Source: Octopus sinensis (lineage: Eukaryota). From it: a stretch of 64,000 bases of DNA. The stretch lies in NCBI RefSeq assembly GCF_006345805.1, contig NC_043009.1:2294001-2358000 (forward strand). Reading direction: 5' to 3'. The notes under the pieces are model-generated. The model was given only the letters and a program-made list of their open reading frames with translations, had not been told where the DNA came from and did not search any database. Shown piece after piece: positions 14,545 to 27,371 of the stretch; the stretch's first letter is position 1, and each line of letters opens with the position of its first letter. Position numbers and translations under genes: made by a program.

Positions 14545-15275
14545 CTGGGAAGAAGTGAGTCTGGGGATGTGCTGAGCAATCAGCAAAACTGTGATATCAG
14601 TTGTGAGAGAGCATAAGAGGAATCTAGTTTCAATGTGGCTAGCCTACAAGAAAGCCTTTGACTCTGTTCCCCAATCATGGATGCTAGAAGTTCTTCACGT
14701 TGCTAAAGTTACAGAGAGTATAACCTATTTCATTACTACACAAAAGGAGCCAAACACAGAGAGGACAACAAGGACAGACAAACGGATTAAGTCGATTATA
14801 TCGACCCCTGTGTGTAACTGGTACTCAATTTATCGACCCCGAAAGCTTGAAAGGCAAAGTCGACCTCGGCGGAATTTGAACTCAGAACGTAACGGCAGAC
14901 GAAATACGGCAACGCATTTCGCCCGGCGTGCTAACGATTCTGCCAGCTTGCCAAAGCCATAGCTAACTTGACTTCATCCTGTTATAATATTCTCAAAGGG
15001 TTATAATATTCTCAAAGGGTTGGAGTTTGTTCAGGATAAATACTGATATATGGTTGAGAAAAGAATGAAAACTATAAACCAGACTAGCAACGTCTCCGTC
15101 AATGATTTGACTCTTTCCCCTAGAACTGAAGAGGAATGTTACGGGTATCTAGAGGTGGATGAAAACATATCTAACAATGGCACATGTAACATAACACGTG
15201 TCACTAAAGAATATTGCAGTCGAATATAGAAAATTTGGACCTCAAATCTCTCTGCATTCAATAAACAGTGGTCCC
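14545..15275 (+). mobile_element. R4/Dong-clade non-LTR retrotransposon RT fragments, interrupted by a SINE
   Basis: EHKRNLVSMWLAYKKAFDSVPQSWMLEVL and YGYLEVDENISNNG...RVTKEYCSRI*KIWTSNLSAFNK. Confidence 0.8.
14735..14952 (-). mobile_element. SINE family B inserted in the R4 RT
   Basis: Near-complete family B copy. Confidence 0.9.
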
Positions 15276-15289
15276 CATAAGTGTACACA

Positions 15290-16030
15290 GTTTCTCCTCT
15301 CTATCCCAAATCATTAAATCTTGTATGTTGCACCTACACTTCATTGGTCTTCACTGGGACATTCCACCTGTACTGGCTATGGCTTCTACTATACTGTGTA
15401 TTCTCACTTCTTTGACCTCAGGGTTATCCTTTCGACGGATTTCATAATTGAGTGTCCTAGCTATAACATCATGTCTCATCGGTAGATAATATTGGGATGA
15501 CATTTTCGGACAACTTCATATGATGTGGGTGATATCTGTGGTGTTAATTCCACAAAGCCTGCATCGGTTGTCACATTTTACTGCTTTTCCTGCATCTCTA
15601 TCCCTTTTGTGTATCTGGTGCTTGGTTGATATTTCCTGTTCCTGGATGGCAAACACATAACATTCAAAATGAGAGGTAGTAATCCGGCTACTGGTCCATG
15701 ATAGATTGATTTCATGATCAATGTTACTATCATTTTGGAGATTTCTACTAACATATCCATGTACAGTATTCTGCTCATATAGGCTCATACTTTCATCTTA
15801 TGATGCGTTGCAGTAGAGTCGTGTGACTTCTTTGGGCACGAATTCTAGTTTCTATCATAGACATCCATGCCATCCACAATTCACTTTTCCTAAATTACAT
15901 GTCTTTACATTAGACGATGTTGCCTGTCTAAAAAGACGTGACTTGTACTGTTGGAACACCTTTCATGATGCGTCTGCTTCACCAAAGTTGTTGTGACTTT
16001 AACAACGGTAATAATATTAGTTCTTGGAAT
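15290..16030 (-). mobile_element. R4/Dong-clade C-terminal region (CCHC knuckle and start of RLE endonuclease)
   Basis: VHGYV...FAIQEQEIST...CRLCGINTTDITHII.SCPKMSSQYYLPMRHDVIAR...WNVPVKT...DLMIWDREEKLC. Confidence 0.85.
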
Positions 16031-16289
16031 ATCGGATAAACAAGATCCTATGACGTAAAGTTTCTATCATAGACATCCATGCCGTCCTTTCCTATACAAA
16101 ACACGATATTTTAAAGAACCTGACTCTCAGAAGCCGGTGGGTGAGACTATTGATTATCTTCTCTGTGTCTCTGACTATTTCTTCCCATCTCTTATCCTGC
16201 TGTCATGAAATACTCCGGGTATTTTCTTCTTATCTTATACCTAATAAACTGAGTTTAATTTATTACAAAACGTTTTGATGGTCCTTAAT

Positions 16290-16620
16290 TGTCTAAAGGT
16301 TTAGTTGTTTTCACTTTATTTGCACAGGTCAGCTTCAGCATACCTTGAAGTAACCTCACTACTGCAGATCTGTAAGCTTTTAAACATTTTGTTGATGTAC
16401 GGTGTCGAAGAACAATATGGAAGAATGGATTCTATATGTGCCCTTGGGATTCTTTCCCTCACTGTAATCGATAGCCGTTTATTTGACAATAAATATTGAA
16501 TCTGAACGCAAGTAAGCTAGTGCTCCTTGACTTACTTTCAGTAATGGATACGGTATACAGCTAAGATTCCCCATCGCCCACTACATCTGCTGTAAACTAT
16601 CTTTTCATATCCATCAGATC
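16290..16620 (-). mobile_element. RTE-like LINE C-terminal remnant
   Basis: LLSNKRLSITVRERIPRAHIESILPYCS resembles RTE IL.N.KLS...R..KAYV.SVLLYG. Confidence 0.45.
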
Positions 16621-17044
16621 CCACGTTAATTTCTCCAAAAATAATGACATGTAATACATAGTCCCAGATTAATTATGATCGAATTACAAGACCAAATAAA
16701 ACAATTGAGTTTAAATTAATGATACCCTGCTTCATTAACGGACACTTAGGGAGAAAAGGCGACAGCAAAGGAATTCAGTGCTTCAGTTTATCGTTGAACT
16801 GAAATAACAATGCAGATGACGGAAAATGGCTGAGTCAGCCGTCAACGAGAATATTCTAAATTTTTTCATATTCACAGTAAATCATAAAACTTTAAAAATC
16901 GGTAATGGAAGGAAAGGTAGTGGAAAATGGGAATCGGTCGTAATAGGTGTTTGATTTAGAAAAGAAGAAAATTAAACTGAAATATATACGTACGTACATA
17001 GTTATATTGAAGAAAGAATACGATGTCAACTCCTATATTCCCTC

Positions 17045-17140
<96 letters not shown>

Positions 17141-17164
17141 TATATATATACTCTTTACACTTTT

Positions 17165-17558
17165 TACTATTTTACTTGCTTCAGTCATTTGACTGTGGGC
17201 ATGCTGGAGCACCGCCTTTAGTCGAGCAAATCGATTTATACTTTGTGAGCCTAGTACTTATTCTAGCGGTCTCTTTTGACAAACCGCTAAGTTACGGGGA
17301 CGTAAACATTCCAGCATCGGTTGTCTTGCGATGTTGGGGGGGGGGGTCAAACACAGACACACAAACATGTACACACACATACATGTATATACATACAACG
17401 GGCTTCTTTCAGTTTCCGTCTACCAAATCCACTCCCAAGGCTTTGGTTGGTCCGAGGCTATAGTACAAGACACTCGCCCAAGGTGCCACGCAGTGGGACT
17501 GAACCCGGAACCATGTGGTAGGTCAGCAAGCTACTTACCATACAGCCACTCCTACGCC
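17165..17558 (-). mobile_element. CORE-type SINE (family C), full length
   Basis: tRNA-like head, GCACCTTGGGCGAGTGTCTTG core, AAAGGCGGTGCTCCAGCATG tail. Confidence 0.9.
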
Positions 17559-17653
<95 letters not shown>

Positions 17654-18302
17654 TGTATATATTTACACACACACACATATAATATGTATACATGCATACA
17701 TACACATATATAAATATATACATATGCACATGCAGGCAAATATATCTAAATGCGCTCATTTTCCCATGAAATAAGTATGAGAATATATATTAAACGCTAA
17801 CGATAATGATGAATTTTAGAGTGAGAAGAAAAATTGCACATTACAAGTTAGTGTAATGAACAGATTCCACATTACAACTAGTAATCTAGTTAATGCAGCT
17901 GAAGGTATTATGATCTGCTTCATATCCAGCGGGGAGAGGTATTTGTAAAAAAAAAAATACAGAAAATAATAGTGAGATATAAAACTACGTAGAAACATAC
18001 ATACATTCCTATTATACATAAGTTAGTCATACATACACACACCCCTATTATTGCTTAGTCATATTCTTATAATTTAACTTCTCAAAGTAATGAAATGATA
18101 CACGGTAGATCTGACCCGAACCTTCAAATGTCTCTTATTACTACTGATAATTTAGTTCGTAATCCATTGTTGTTTTTTCTTTCCAGTATTGTCTCGTTGT
18201 GGAATTACATCATTAGACCCCGGGATATTCGACAGCTTGAAATAAACGCCAAACAAAATAAGTTCTGCTTTCTTTAGGCAGGTTAGGATTCGCTCAATAC
18301 TG

Positions 18303-18360
<58 letters not shown>

Positions 18361-18566
18361 TACACATATGAGGGATGACCGCTATGTGGACAACCCTTAT
18401 GCTAGAAGTAGATCCACTATGCTCTTACCACTTAGAACTGTTCTCAAGAATATTTAGGTGTTTTATAAATGCTTTTCTTGAGACCATTTCTTATTGGTAA
18501 GACCATAGCGGATCTACTTCTAGCACAAGTGTTGTCTACATAGTGGTCATCCTTCTCATATGTATA
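18361..18566. mobile_element. Foldback MITE
   Basis: About 70-bp imperfect inverted arms CATATGAGGGATGACC...GCTAGAAGTAGATCC / GGATCTACTTCTAGC...GGTCATCCTTCTCATATG. Confidence 0.75.
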
Positions 18567-18668
18567 TAATACAATTTACTGAACCTTCAGATTTTAATAT
18601 ACTAGATCACTGGTATTAAATTAATGTTAATTAAATTAATATCCAATTTCTAACCCTCATTTTAAATT

Positions 18669-18725
<57 letters not shown>

Positions 18726-19249
18726 GCATATATACATACAGATATATATATATATATATATGAGTATGCACCTGTACATATAAGCATTTTCAGGCAGACC
18801 AACGACAGAGAAACTCACAGAGACATCACTGTGGAAGTATTCATTTTCATTATCATTATCAAAAATTGTCTATGAAATAAATTACAACAAAAACAGAACA
18901 CACCAACAACATCCTAATACCAGACCCAACCACCATACAGCACAAAACGACACTAGAATAAGAAATACACCACACACAAGTCGCTACTACCCCATGAACC
19001 AAAATTACTGGTCCCCACTGAACACAAGACAAACGCAAAACACTATGTCAAGCAACATCCCACATACAAGCAGTTCGAAACAAAAATATTTCACATACAG
19101 AAATTTTACACACACCACAAACAAAAACAACCATAGATTCCCACACACACACAACGATCGGGGGCAACAATACCACCATTCCCCCGACCCAATATCACAC
19201 AACCTCACAGACAACTCATACAAACAAAATTACACCCAACATTTTTAGC

Positions 19250-21600
19250 CAGGGACCAGAGACACCAGGACACAGACTAGAACCTAGTAATAAGGAAAAA
19301 TCGAAGATAATCAATCTCTCAACCAAACCTCTTTCTAACATAAAAATTGACATCCTCTCAAAAGTGCTCAAATTTACACCAACTCCACGCAGAGCCAACC
19401 TAAATGAAATCAAGGATAATATAACAGAATTTTGCAGAAAATTAAGACTAGCAGAAGCATCAACCAGTTTCAATACTGAAGATGAATCACTAGTCAAGAA
19501 CAAAAGTGAACACATCCCACACAGAGGAAGAAATAAAGATCTTGATGAATTCTGTAACCACATTGAGAACTTTCCCTACCATACTGTACATAAACAGAAA
19601 GTTAGCTCAAATTTTAACACTACACAATGGTAGGAACTGATAGAACTTCAAAATGATGAGGATATAACCATTAAAGAAGCAGACAAGGGAAATGCAGTTG
19701 AAATAATGGATACATCATACTATAGAAATCTTGTAATTTCCTTGCTTGATGACGACCTACATTATGAAAAAATTACCAACTACACCCCACAAAAAATAAT
19801 GAAAACTCTATCTTCACTAATTAAAACCCATGAAAAGGAACTAACAACCAAAGAGATTGACTTTCTAACAAACTTTAAATGCAAACCTAGCCTTTTCTAT
19901 GGTCTGCCAAAAATCCATAAAAGCCAAATTATAAATGAAACCATTAAAAAATCACCAAAGACATACATACACACACCTAACCCGGGGGACCTAAAACTAT
20001 GACCCATTGTAGCTGGCCCAACCTGTGAAACACACAGACTAAGTATATTTATTGACATCCTCCTGAAACCCTTCCTTAAACATATCGATAGCCATATCAG
20101 AGATGACTTAGATATGTTAAACCACCTTCCAAAAAAAACCAAGGAAGAAACAATCCTGGTTTCATTTGATGTAGTCAACTTGTATACCAGTATACCTCAT
20201 AATTATGGACTAGAGGCAATACAGTTCTTGCTGGACCAATTTCCGGAAGAAATACCAAAAAGGATCAGTAAAGAATTCATTACTAAATCAATTGAATTCA
20301 TCCTACATAATAACCACTTAAAGTTTGACAATACATTTTACCGTCAAAAATCCGGAATTGCTATGGGTACAAGGGCAGCACCGGTCATTGCAAACCTAAC
20401 AATGGGCTACATGGAAATAATCATTTACCAGGAATCTTTATCAATCTTTGGAAACCCCCTTTCTCAATACATAAAAGAGAATTGGAAACGATTCTTAGAC
20501 GATTGTTTTATACTCTGGAATGAAAACACAGATAAACTCCTAAAATTTAAAAACCTATTGAACAGCATAAACCTAAATATACAGTTCACAATGGAATACA
20601 ACCAAAAGGAGCTCCCGTTCTTGGATATACTAATTAAAAAAATTAACCTTAAAATAGAAACAGACATTTTTTACAAAGCCACAGACGCCAAACAATACCT
20701 TCTTTTTATTCATGCCACCCAAGACACACTAAAACAAACATCCCCTTCAACCTTGCAAGAAGGATATGCACAATAGTGTCAGAACAAAATACCAGGAACT
20801 TTAGACTGCAAGAACTCAAAAACACCCTAATTGACAGACATTACTCAGCTCAACTCATAGAGGATGGGATCAGACGTGCAACAGAAATCAACATAGAAAC
20901 TTTAAGAAAAGTTCAACACAACAACACACCTTCCCCGAAAATACTACCTTACATATCTACATACAACCCCAGAAACAAAGAAGCCTTCACCATCATCACC
21001 CAGAATTTACCAATACTTCATAAGGACCCCAAATTAAAGGAAATTCTAAACATACACCAAATCATTAAAAGCTACAAACAACCTAAATCACTTAAAAAGA
21101 TTCTCACAAAGGCAAAATTGTTTTCTGAAATTACGGATGCAAAAGTAAAAAAATGTGGTAGATCGAACTGTGCAACATGTCAAAACCTGCTAGAAGAATC
21201 AGAATTCCTCTTTAAAGAGGGACAGAAATTCAAGATCAAATCTAACTTTACTTGTGCCTCTGAAAACATAATTTATGTCATAAAATGCTCAGGCTGCCAC
21301 CAAGACTACGTGGGATCTACGGGACTATCACTCAGACGTAGATGCACACTGCATCGACAACAGATTGCATTCCCAGAATACAGAATGATACCTTTTAGTG
21401 AGCACATTGAGAAATGCGCAAAGCAACTACTACCACAATTTTTAATCTTTCCATTTTACCAATGTGCTATCGGATCATCAACACAAATTAGACTAAACAA
21501 GGAAACATTCTTCATTGAAAAGTACAAGCCCAGACTTAACCATGCCAACATACTGATACAGAGAAATTCACACCAAAGGAAAGGAAAAAAAATTTTTTAA
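19250..21600 (+). pseudogene. PLE reverse transcriptase / GIY-YIG endonuclease ORF (2 stops, 1 frameshift)
   Basis: IINLS...KFTPTP, KEADKGNAV, FYGLPKIHK, SFDVVNLYTSIP, GIAMGTRAAP, RFLDDCF, LPFLDI, CGRSNCATC knuckle, IYVIKCSGCHQDYVGST; TAG at 19631, TGA at 20000, frameshift near 20705. Confidence 0.92.
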
Positions 21601-21719
21601 ATTTTAAGCGATTATCTCCCTTACACCGGAAGAAATCACTCATTACCTCCCCTTATTTAGAACTCATTTAAACATAAACATAAAGATAACTCTGTTCAAG
21701 ATAAACATAACGTCGTAAA

Positions 21720-21752
21720 AAATTTGAAAAGCTAAACGCGAAACCGGTCTTT
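21720..21752 (+). ncRNA. Minimal type I hammerhead-like motif, U3-A8 core, in PLE 3' UTR
   Basis: TTGAAAA-GC-TAAAC-GC-GAA-ACCGGT-C; palindromic stem III; stem I weak. Confidence 0.5.
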
Positions 21753-21960
21753 CTTCTAAACTATGTCATTGTAAGAAAAACATTTTTAATATTCTTCAGA
21801 CATATTGACGCAAATATATATATTTTTTAACCTTTAAGTTCTTTCACTTTTTACTATTTTCTATATATATATATAAGGATAAGATCGTTAATTTAATAAT
21901 AAAATAACGATTTTATCAAGTGGTCAGCATGGAAAAATAGTCTTCAAAGTTAATAATTAT

Positions 21961-22135
21961 TAAAATTATAAATTAGGGTATCTACGAGATACCACCATGC
22001 TGAAAATAGCAGCCATGATATGATTCTAAAAGCACCTTAATTGGATTTTTTTTACAATTAATGTAGTTTTAGAGTCAGATCATGGCTGCTATTTTCAGCA
22101 TGGAGGTATCTCGCAGATACCTTAATTTATAATTT

Positions 22136-22138
<3 letters not shown>
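21961..22138. mobile_element. Foldback MITE
   Basis: About 60-bp inverted arms TAAAATTATAAATTAGGGTATCT...CATGCTGAAAATAGCAGCCATGAT and complement. Confidence 0.8.
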
Positions 22139-22217
<79 letters not shown>

Positions 22218-22524
22218 TGTGTGTATTGTTCCTTTGTTAACAATTAACACGGAAAAAATAGATAAATAGTTACCAGGGTAACAAAAAATCTCACAAGCAA
22301 AGAGGTTGTAACTCCTTGTTTTAAAGGTCGAAACTTCGGGTTTACGTGAAACTTTTTGTATTATATATAAATAAATAAATGGAGTTTAACGCAATTGTAA
22401 TTCAAGCACTTTTACTTCAGACACTATACGTTGTTTACACCATTTTATTTCTTTGGAATGATATCAGTAATATCTTCGAAACATGTGTCGGAAGTAATAG
22501 TATTTGAATTACACCTGCATTAAA

Positions 22525-22555
<31 letters not shown>

Positions 22556-22557
<2 letters not shown>

Positions 22558-22692
22558 GGGAGAGTTTACGGAAAAATAAAAGACGAAGACAAGTGATGTA
22601 CAAAACAAACAGATGTATTAGTATAACGCTCAGGAATAGTAAAATTCTTTTACGTTTCGAGCCTACGCTCTTCTACAGAAAAAACAATGTAT
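22556..22692 (-). mobile_element. (TA)n-flanked PLE-LTR-like element with variant hammerhead (22647-22682)
   Basis: TTTT-CTGTAGA-A-GAGC-GTAG-GCTC-GAA-ACGT-A-AAAG. Confidence 0.6.
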
Positions 22693-22721
22693 ATAAAGAT
22701 ATATATAGATATGTATATATG

Positions 22722-22752
<31 letters not shown>

Positions 22753-22766
22753 GTATACATATGTAT

Positions 22767-22799
<33 letters not shown>

Positions 22800-22856
22800 G
22801 TAGATATGTATATACATATGTGTATATATATATATATAATATATATATATATATAC

Positions 22857-22891
<35 letters not shown>

Positions 22892-24147
22892 CGTGTCTGT
22901 GCTTCTGAATTTCTGCGTATACGTGATATTGCATCCATGCCTACGCGTATCTGTAAGGATAGATAGTAGGGAAAAGAAGTTTTGAACAAAAGCTAGAGAG
23001 GATGAAATATAGTTAAACAGAGAGAACAGGGATGGGTTTTTTTTGTCTTTGTAAGTGTTTTTGTAAGTGTTTTTGCGTTAGTAGATGAGCGACTGCTTTT
23101 GATTGATATGGACGATATAAGAAATAGGATGTTATATACCTTTTGACAAAATGTTCATCTATGCGTGTAGTTACATATTTACTAGCATAAAAAAATATGC
23201 CTAAGTATATGTGAAGCTAATATCTACTTACCAAAAAGAAAACTTACATTCTTGAAGTGGCTATACCCACACAGACACACAGATACAGACACACACACAC
23301 ACACACACAAGCGTACATACATGGGTATATACGTATATTACAAATTCGTGTGGTCTTGTGTCTGTGTATGAGTGAATGCGCTGTTATAGTTTTGTATCCA
23401 CAGCTGTATGAATGTATACTTGTTTGTAATATATATGTGTATTCCCGAACTCACGTTTGATGACTGAAGCAAAATAAAATGCAAAATGCTATATTATCTT
23501 TGTAATATTGTGTTAAATGTCCAAAACCGCTTTCGGAAAAATAAAAAAAAAAAGCTAGTAATCCAGATAAAACTACAAGAATGAAAACATAAGAAAAGAT
23601 AAACGGAGCTGAAGAAAATACAAACAAAAGACAAAAAAATAAATTGGAACAAAATGTACGAAAACAACATTAATGTTTGGAGGGCATATTTTTTTTTAAC
23701 AAAATTTCCATTTCTTACGGCTCGATTACATTTTATTTGCAATGCCAGAAACAAGGTCGGCCATACTGTTGCTGACTCTCAAGATTTACTCAAGCAATTC
23801 GTTACATCTGCCTCTCTGGATGGCGAGTGGCGAATGACGAATGAGCTGCGATGGATTCTTCCCTTTTAATGGCTACGTATGTAAGTATGTATGTATGTAT
23901 GTATGTATGTATGTATGTATGTATGTATGTATGTATGTATGTATGTACAAACTCATAAACAAACATATATGCCTTTGTATTTGGATGTCGGGCTTAGAAT
24001 ATTCAAAGTTATGTATATGTGCGTGCGTGGGTGTATATATATGTGTGTGTGTGTATATATATGTATGTATATATACATATATGTGTATATATATATATAT
24101 ATGTAAATAGAGGTATGTATATATATATATATATATGTATGTATTAT

Positions 24148-24211
<64 letters not shown>

Positions 24212-24824
24212 CATATGTGTGTGTACTACAGATATAGGTAGATGTGTATACATGTATACATATCGAGACATACACCTACACATAAAGTAGAGTAAACAAA
24301 CACAGGCACCTCCTCCGCCCCACATTTCTATATTCTCTTACCGGGACACGATTGTAGTTGAAGCGAAGTATCTGAGAACACATTTGCTTTGCACATATGG
24401 TCATTGAAGTTTCTGCATATTTTCTACATTCTCTTTTATGCCATTCTTCTTTAGTGTTGCTTTGCTGGTTCGCTTCTACAATATGGATGTGGAAAATACT
24501 TTTTACAAATTATAGAACATCGCATGCGTAAATATGGTGCTAGTGTTAAAAATGAGAGCATTTTATTTTTTACTGATTGTTATTTATAATATTAACCATT
24601 CGATTTGGAACCGTTTGCAATGCCAGTTTCTACACTGAGGATGAGCTAATTTTAACATTCTGTGTGGCACTAGTTTCAAAGTGACGGTATATAATAGGAA
24701 GCATCGTATGCACAAAGTAAGTACGTCCTTATAGGACCCTACACGGGCATATATCCGTGCATGTATGAGTCTTCTATTTTCAATTATTCCAAATCTTCCA
24801 CTGAGGAGGGAGCCGGTTTCCAAC

Positions 24825-24975
24825 GCATGTATATATGTATGTATGAACGTAATTATTTCATTATTTCTTACCAATAAAGAACCGGTTTCTGAGCTAGATC
24901 CAAGGATCCTTCATTGGGGTTTCAACATCAACAGTCGCTTATTTTTGTATGTATGCATATGTGCAGATTTGTTTG
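24825..24975 (-). repeat. Small interspersed hairpin repeat within (TACA)n (second copy 14160-14310, + strand)
   Basis: ACAAATCTGCACATAT...GTTGATGTTGAAA..CCAATGAAGGA shared; CCAATGAAGG/TCTTTATTGG stem. Confidence 0.6.
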
Positions 24976-25039
24976 TTTTATTTTATGTATGTATTCTCAT
25001 ACATATATTTGTATATCTACACAATCTCATATACATTTA

Positions 25040-25246
25040 AACGATAAACTTCTGGAAAGATACAGTTCTATATTTAAGAGATGAGGAATTATGTACATTA
25101 TTTACATTATGGACATTCGGCGGATATTTGTCCTCATCTTGTTTGTTGTTAAAACAACGTTTCGGCTGATATACACTCCAGCCTTCTTCAGATGTCTTGC
25201 GGAAATTTCGAATCTGGGTTCTCATTCCTAAGGTATTCTTTGATGC

Positions 25247-25286
<40 letters not shown>

Positions 25287-25376
25287 GTTGTTGTTGTTGT
25301 TCAGGTCACTGCTGGGAATCGAACTCGGAATCTTGGGGTTAGTAGCCCGCGCTCTTAACCGCTACTCAATATGCCC
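25040..25376 (-). mobile_element. tRNA-like head + (AAC)n(AAT)n + hammerhead-bearing tail
   Basis: Head 25302-25376 with B-box GAGTTCGATTCC; HHR at 25151-25196. Confidence 0.6.
25151..25196 (-). ncRNA. Minimal type I hammerhead ribozyme motif
   Basis: GACAT-CTGAAGA-A-GGCTG-GAGTGTATAT-CAGCC-GAA-ACGT-T-GTTTT. Confidence 0.7.
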
Positions 25377-25377
25377 G

Positions 25378-25940
25378 TTGAAAGATGTACAGATTTTTAC
25401 AGTTCTAATGACGGATAGGAACTGTAGTTTTCGAATTAGCCTAATTTCTTAATATTTGTATTTAGGCACTGTGTTACATATCTCAGCGCCCTAATAATTA
25501 CAGGTATACACCTGAACTTGTAATCTGGATAGAGTAACTACAGATTTCTCAATTGTTCAGCGTAGGTATTCCCTTTTTCACTAATCTTCAGCTTTATGTT
25601 AATATCTGCTGGTCAGCGAATTACCACAACTGTACACGGTTTCCCTTTTCTATTGCAAATCATTATATCAGGTCTACTGAGTTTATATTTTATCGAGGTT
25701 TTCACTGTGACATTCCACCAGTTCTTTTTATTATGAGTGTCTATGGCTTCCACCATACTGTGGGTTCTTATTCCTTTGTCCCCGGGATTATCCTCTCGAT
25801 GGATCTCGTTATACAGTGTCTTAGCTACAACATCATGTCTTATCGTTATTTAATACCGTGATGACATTTTTGGACAACAGTTTATGATATAGGTGATATA
25901 TTTGGTGTTAACTCCACAAAGTCTTTATCGGTTTTCACAC
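25378..25940 (-). mobile_element. R4/Dong-clade 3' fragment with RLE endonuclease domain
   Basis: [24 protein letters not shown]...RHDVVAK...SRPDIMIC...K..EKGNTYAEQLRNL.LLYPDYKF..IPVII.AL. Confidence 0.85.
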
Positions 25941-25954
25941 ACACACACACGCAA

Positions 25955-25989
<35 letters not shown>

Positions 25990-26001
25990 ATATATATATA
26001 C

Positions 26002-26055
<54 letters not shown>

Positions 26056-26162
26056 TATATATATACATGCAGATATATATAAATATGTATTTGAATGTAT
26101 ATGTATGCATATGTGTGTATATATGTTTTGAATGCGCCTTATCTTCATTTCGTCATACACAA

Positions 26163-26393
26163 GGCGGCGAGCTGGCAGAAACGTTAGCACGCCGGGCGAA
26201 ATGCGTAGCTGTATTTCGTCTGGCATTACGTTCTGAGTTCAAATTCCGCCGAGGTCAACTTTACCTTTCATCCTTTCTGGGTCGATAAATTAAGTACCAA
26301 TTACGCACTGGGGTCGATGTAATCGACGTAATCCGTTTGTTTCTCCTTGTTTGTCCTCTCTGTGTTTAGCCCCTTGTGGGTAGTAAAGAAATA
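26163..26393 (+). mobile_element. SINE family B, full length
   Basis: Complete head, core and CCCCTTGTGGGTAGTAAAGAAATA tail. Confidence 0.9.
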
Positions 26394-27152
26394 TCTATGT
26401 GTTATTGAAATTAAAAAAAAAACTGCGTTCTTACATACAGTCCTCCAATGGATATATAACGAACGAACACATTGCAATTGTTGCGACAAGAGAAAGTAGC
26501 GTCTGAATGCCTGCGTCAATGCGATAAGTGTCGTGTGTCAGTCTATGACAGTTGGGATCAGGTTTTGCTGGTCATATGCCAATATACTTTGCTTCGCGAA
26601 GGGAACTTGTTGCAATCGGCGTTTCCTTCAGAAATAAAGCCGTTGGTAGAAAGCTCCTTAAGAGTCTCACATCAATAAATGTTTCCTGCATCAAAATCAA
26701 CGTGTGATTTCTAATATATATTTTGCACTTTGCTATTTTCAAATATTACAAAACGAAGCCTTTATACATGATGTGCTTGGAATATATTTATTTTTTTTGA
26801 GCAGAAGAAATTCTTTCCCTTTAAGACTAAATATCGAGAAACCATAACGAATGACATAATAAATGAAAATATTTTACATTGATATTTAAAATGCTTGATG
26901 TTCAGACATACCGTAATTACTTCAAAACTTTTAACCATCACAGTAATTACAAATAGCTAGTATGATTATAAGAAAGGTAAATAAAGACATATTCTGTATC
27001 AAAATTAATACTGAGAGTCCAGTTTTATTCATCGTAAACAACATCCGACCTCCCCACCAAGGAAATATTTCAACGTTATGTATATTGCCGTCCTGAATAA
27101 CTAAGTGTACGAGTATTATTTTCATTTTTTGGTTATGGAAATAAGCTGCATA

Positions 27153-27371
27153 TGTTTGTTCCTTCTCGAGCCATGCCTGGCTCAAAAGGGCCGGTTTCCC
27201 GGGACGCCGGTCCATCGCATGTGAGCTGCAAGATGCAGGAGGAAAGAGTGAGAGAAAGTTGTGGCGAAAGAGTCAGCAGAAGTTTCGCCATTATCTTCCG
27301 CCGGAGCCGCGTGGAGATTAGGTGTTTCGCTCATAAACACTCACATCGCCCGGTCTGAGATTCAAACCCGC
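27153..27371 (-). mobile_element. SINE family A, 5' truncated
   Basis: Homologous to 28066-28366 and 59026-59333. Confidence 0.85.

Larger units (their letters stand above)
18750..21815 (+). mobile_element. Penelope-like retroelement (Neptune-type), near full length, inactivated
   Basis: One ancestral ORF with RT and GIY-YIG, 3' UTR with a hammerhead-like motif, (TA)n on both sides. Confidence 0.92.

Noticed and set aside
23745-23880. GC-richer segment with AG acceptor and GTAAGT donor that could be a host exon
   Set aside because: The donor lies in a (GTAT)n microsatellite and the peptide has no recognisable homology; RNA-seq is needed.
24830-24920. GAAACCGGTT with a 9-bp flanking stem resembling a hammerhead
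   Set aside because: There is no CUGANGA-type core between the stems; it is better explained as a simple hairpin.
26420-26700. Possible piggyBac C-terminal Cys-rich remnant on the minus strand
   Set aside because: Only scattered C/H residues across frameshifts; a profile search is needed.
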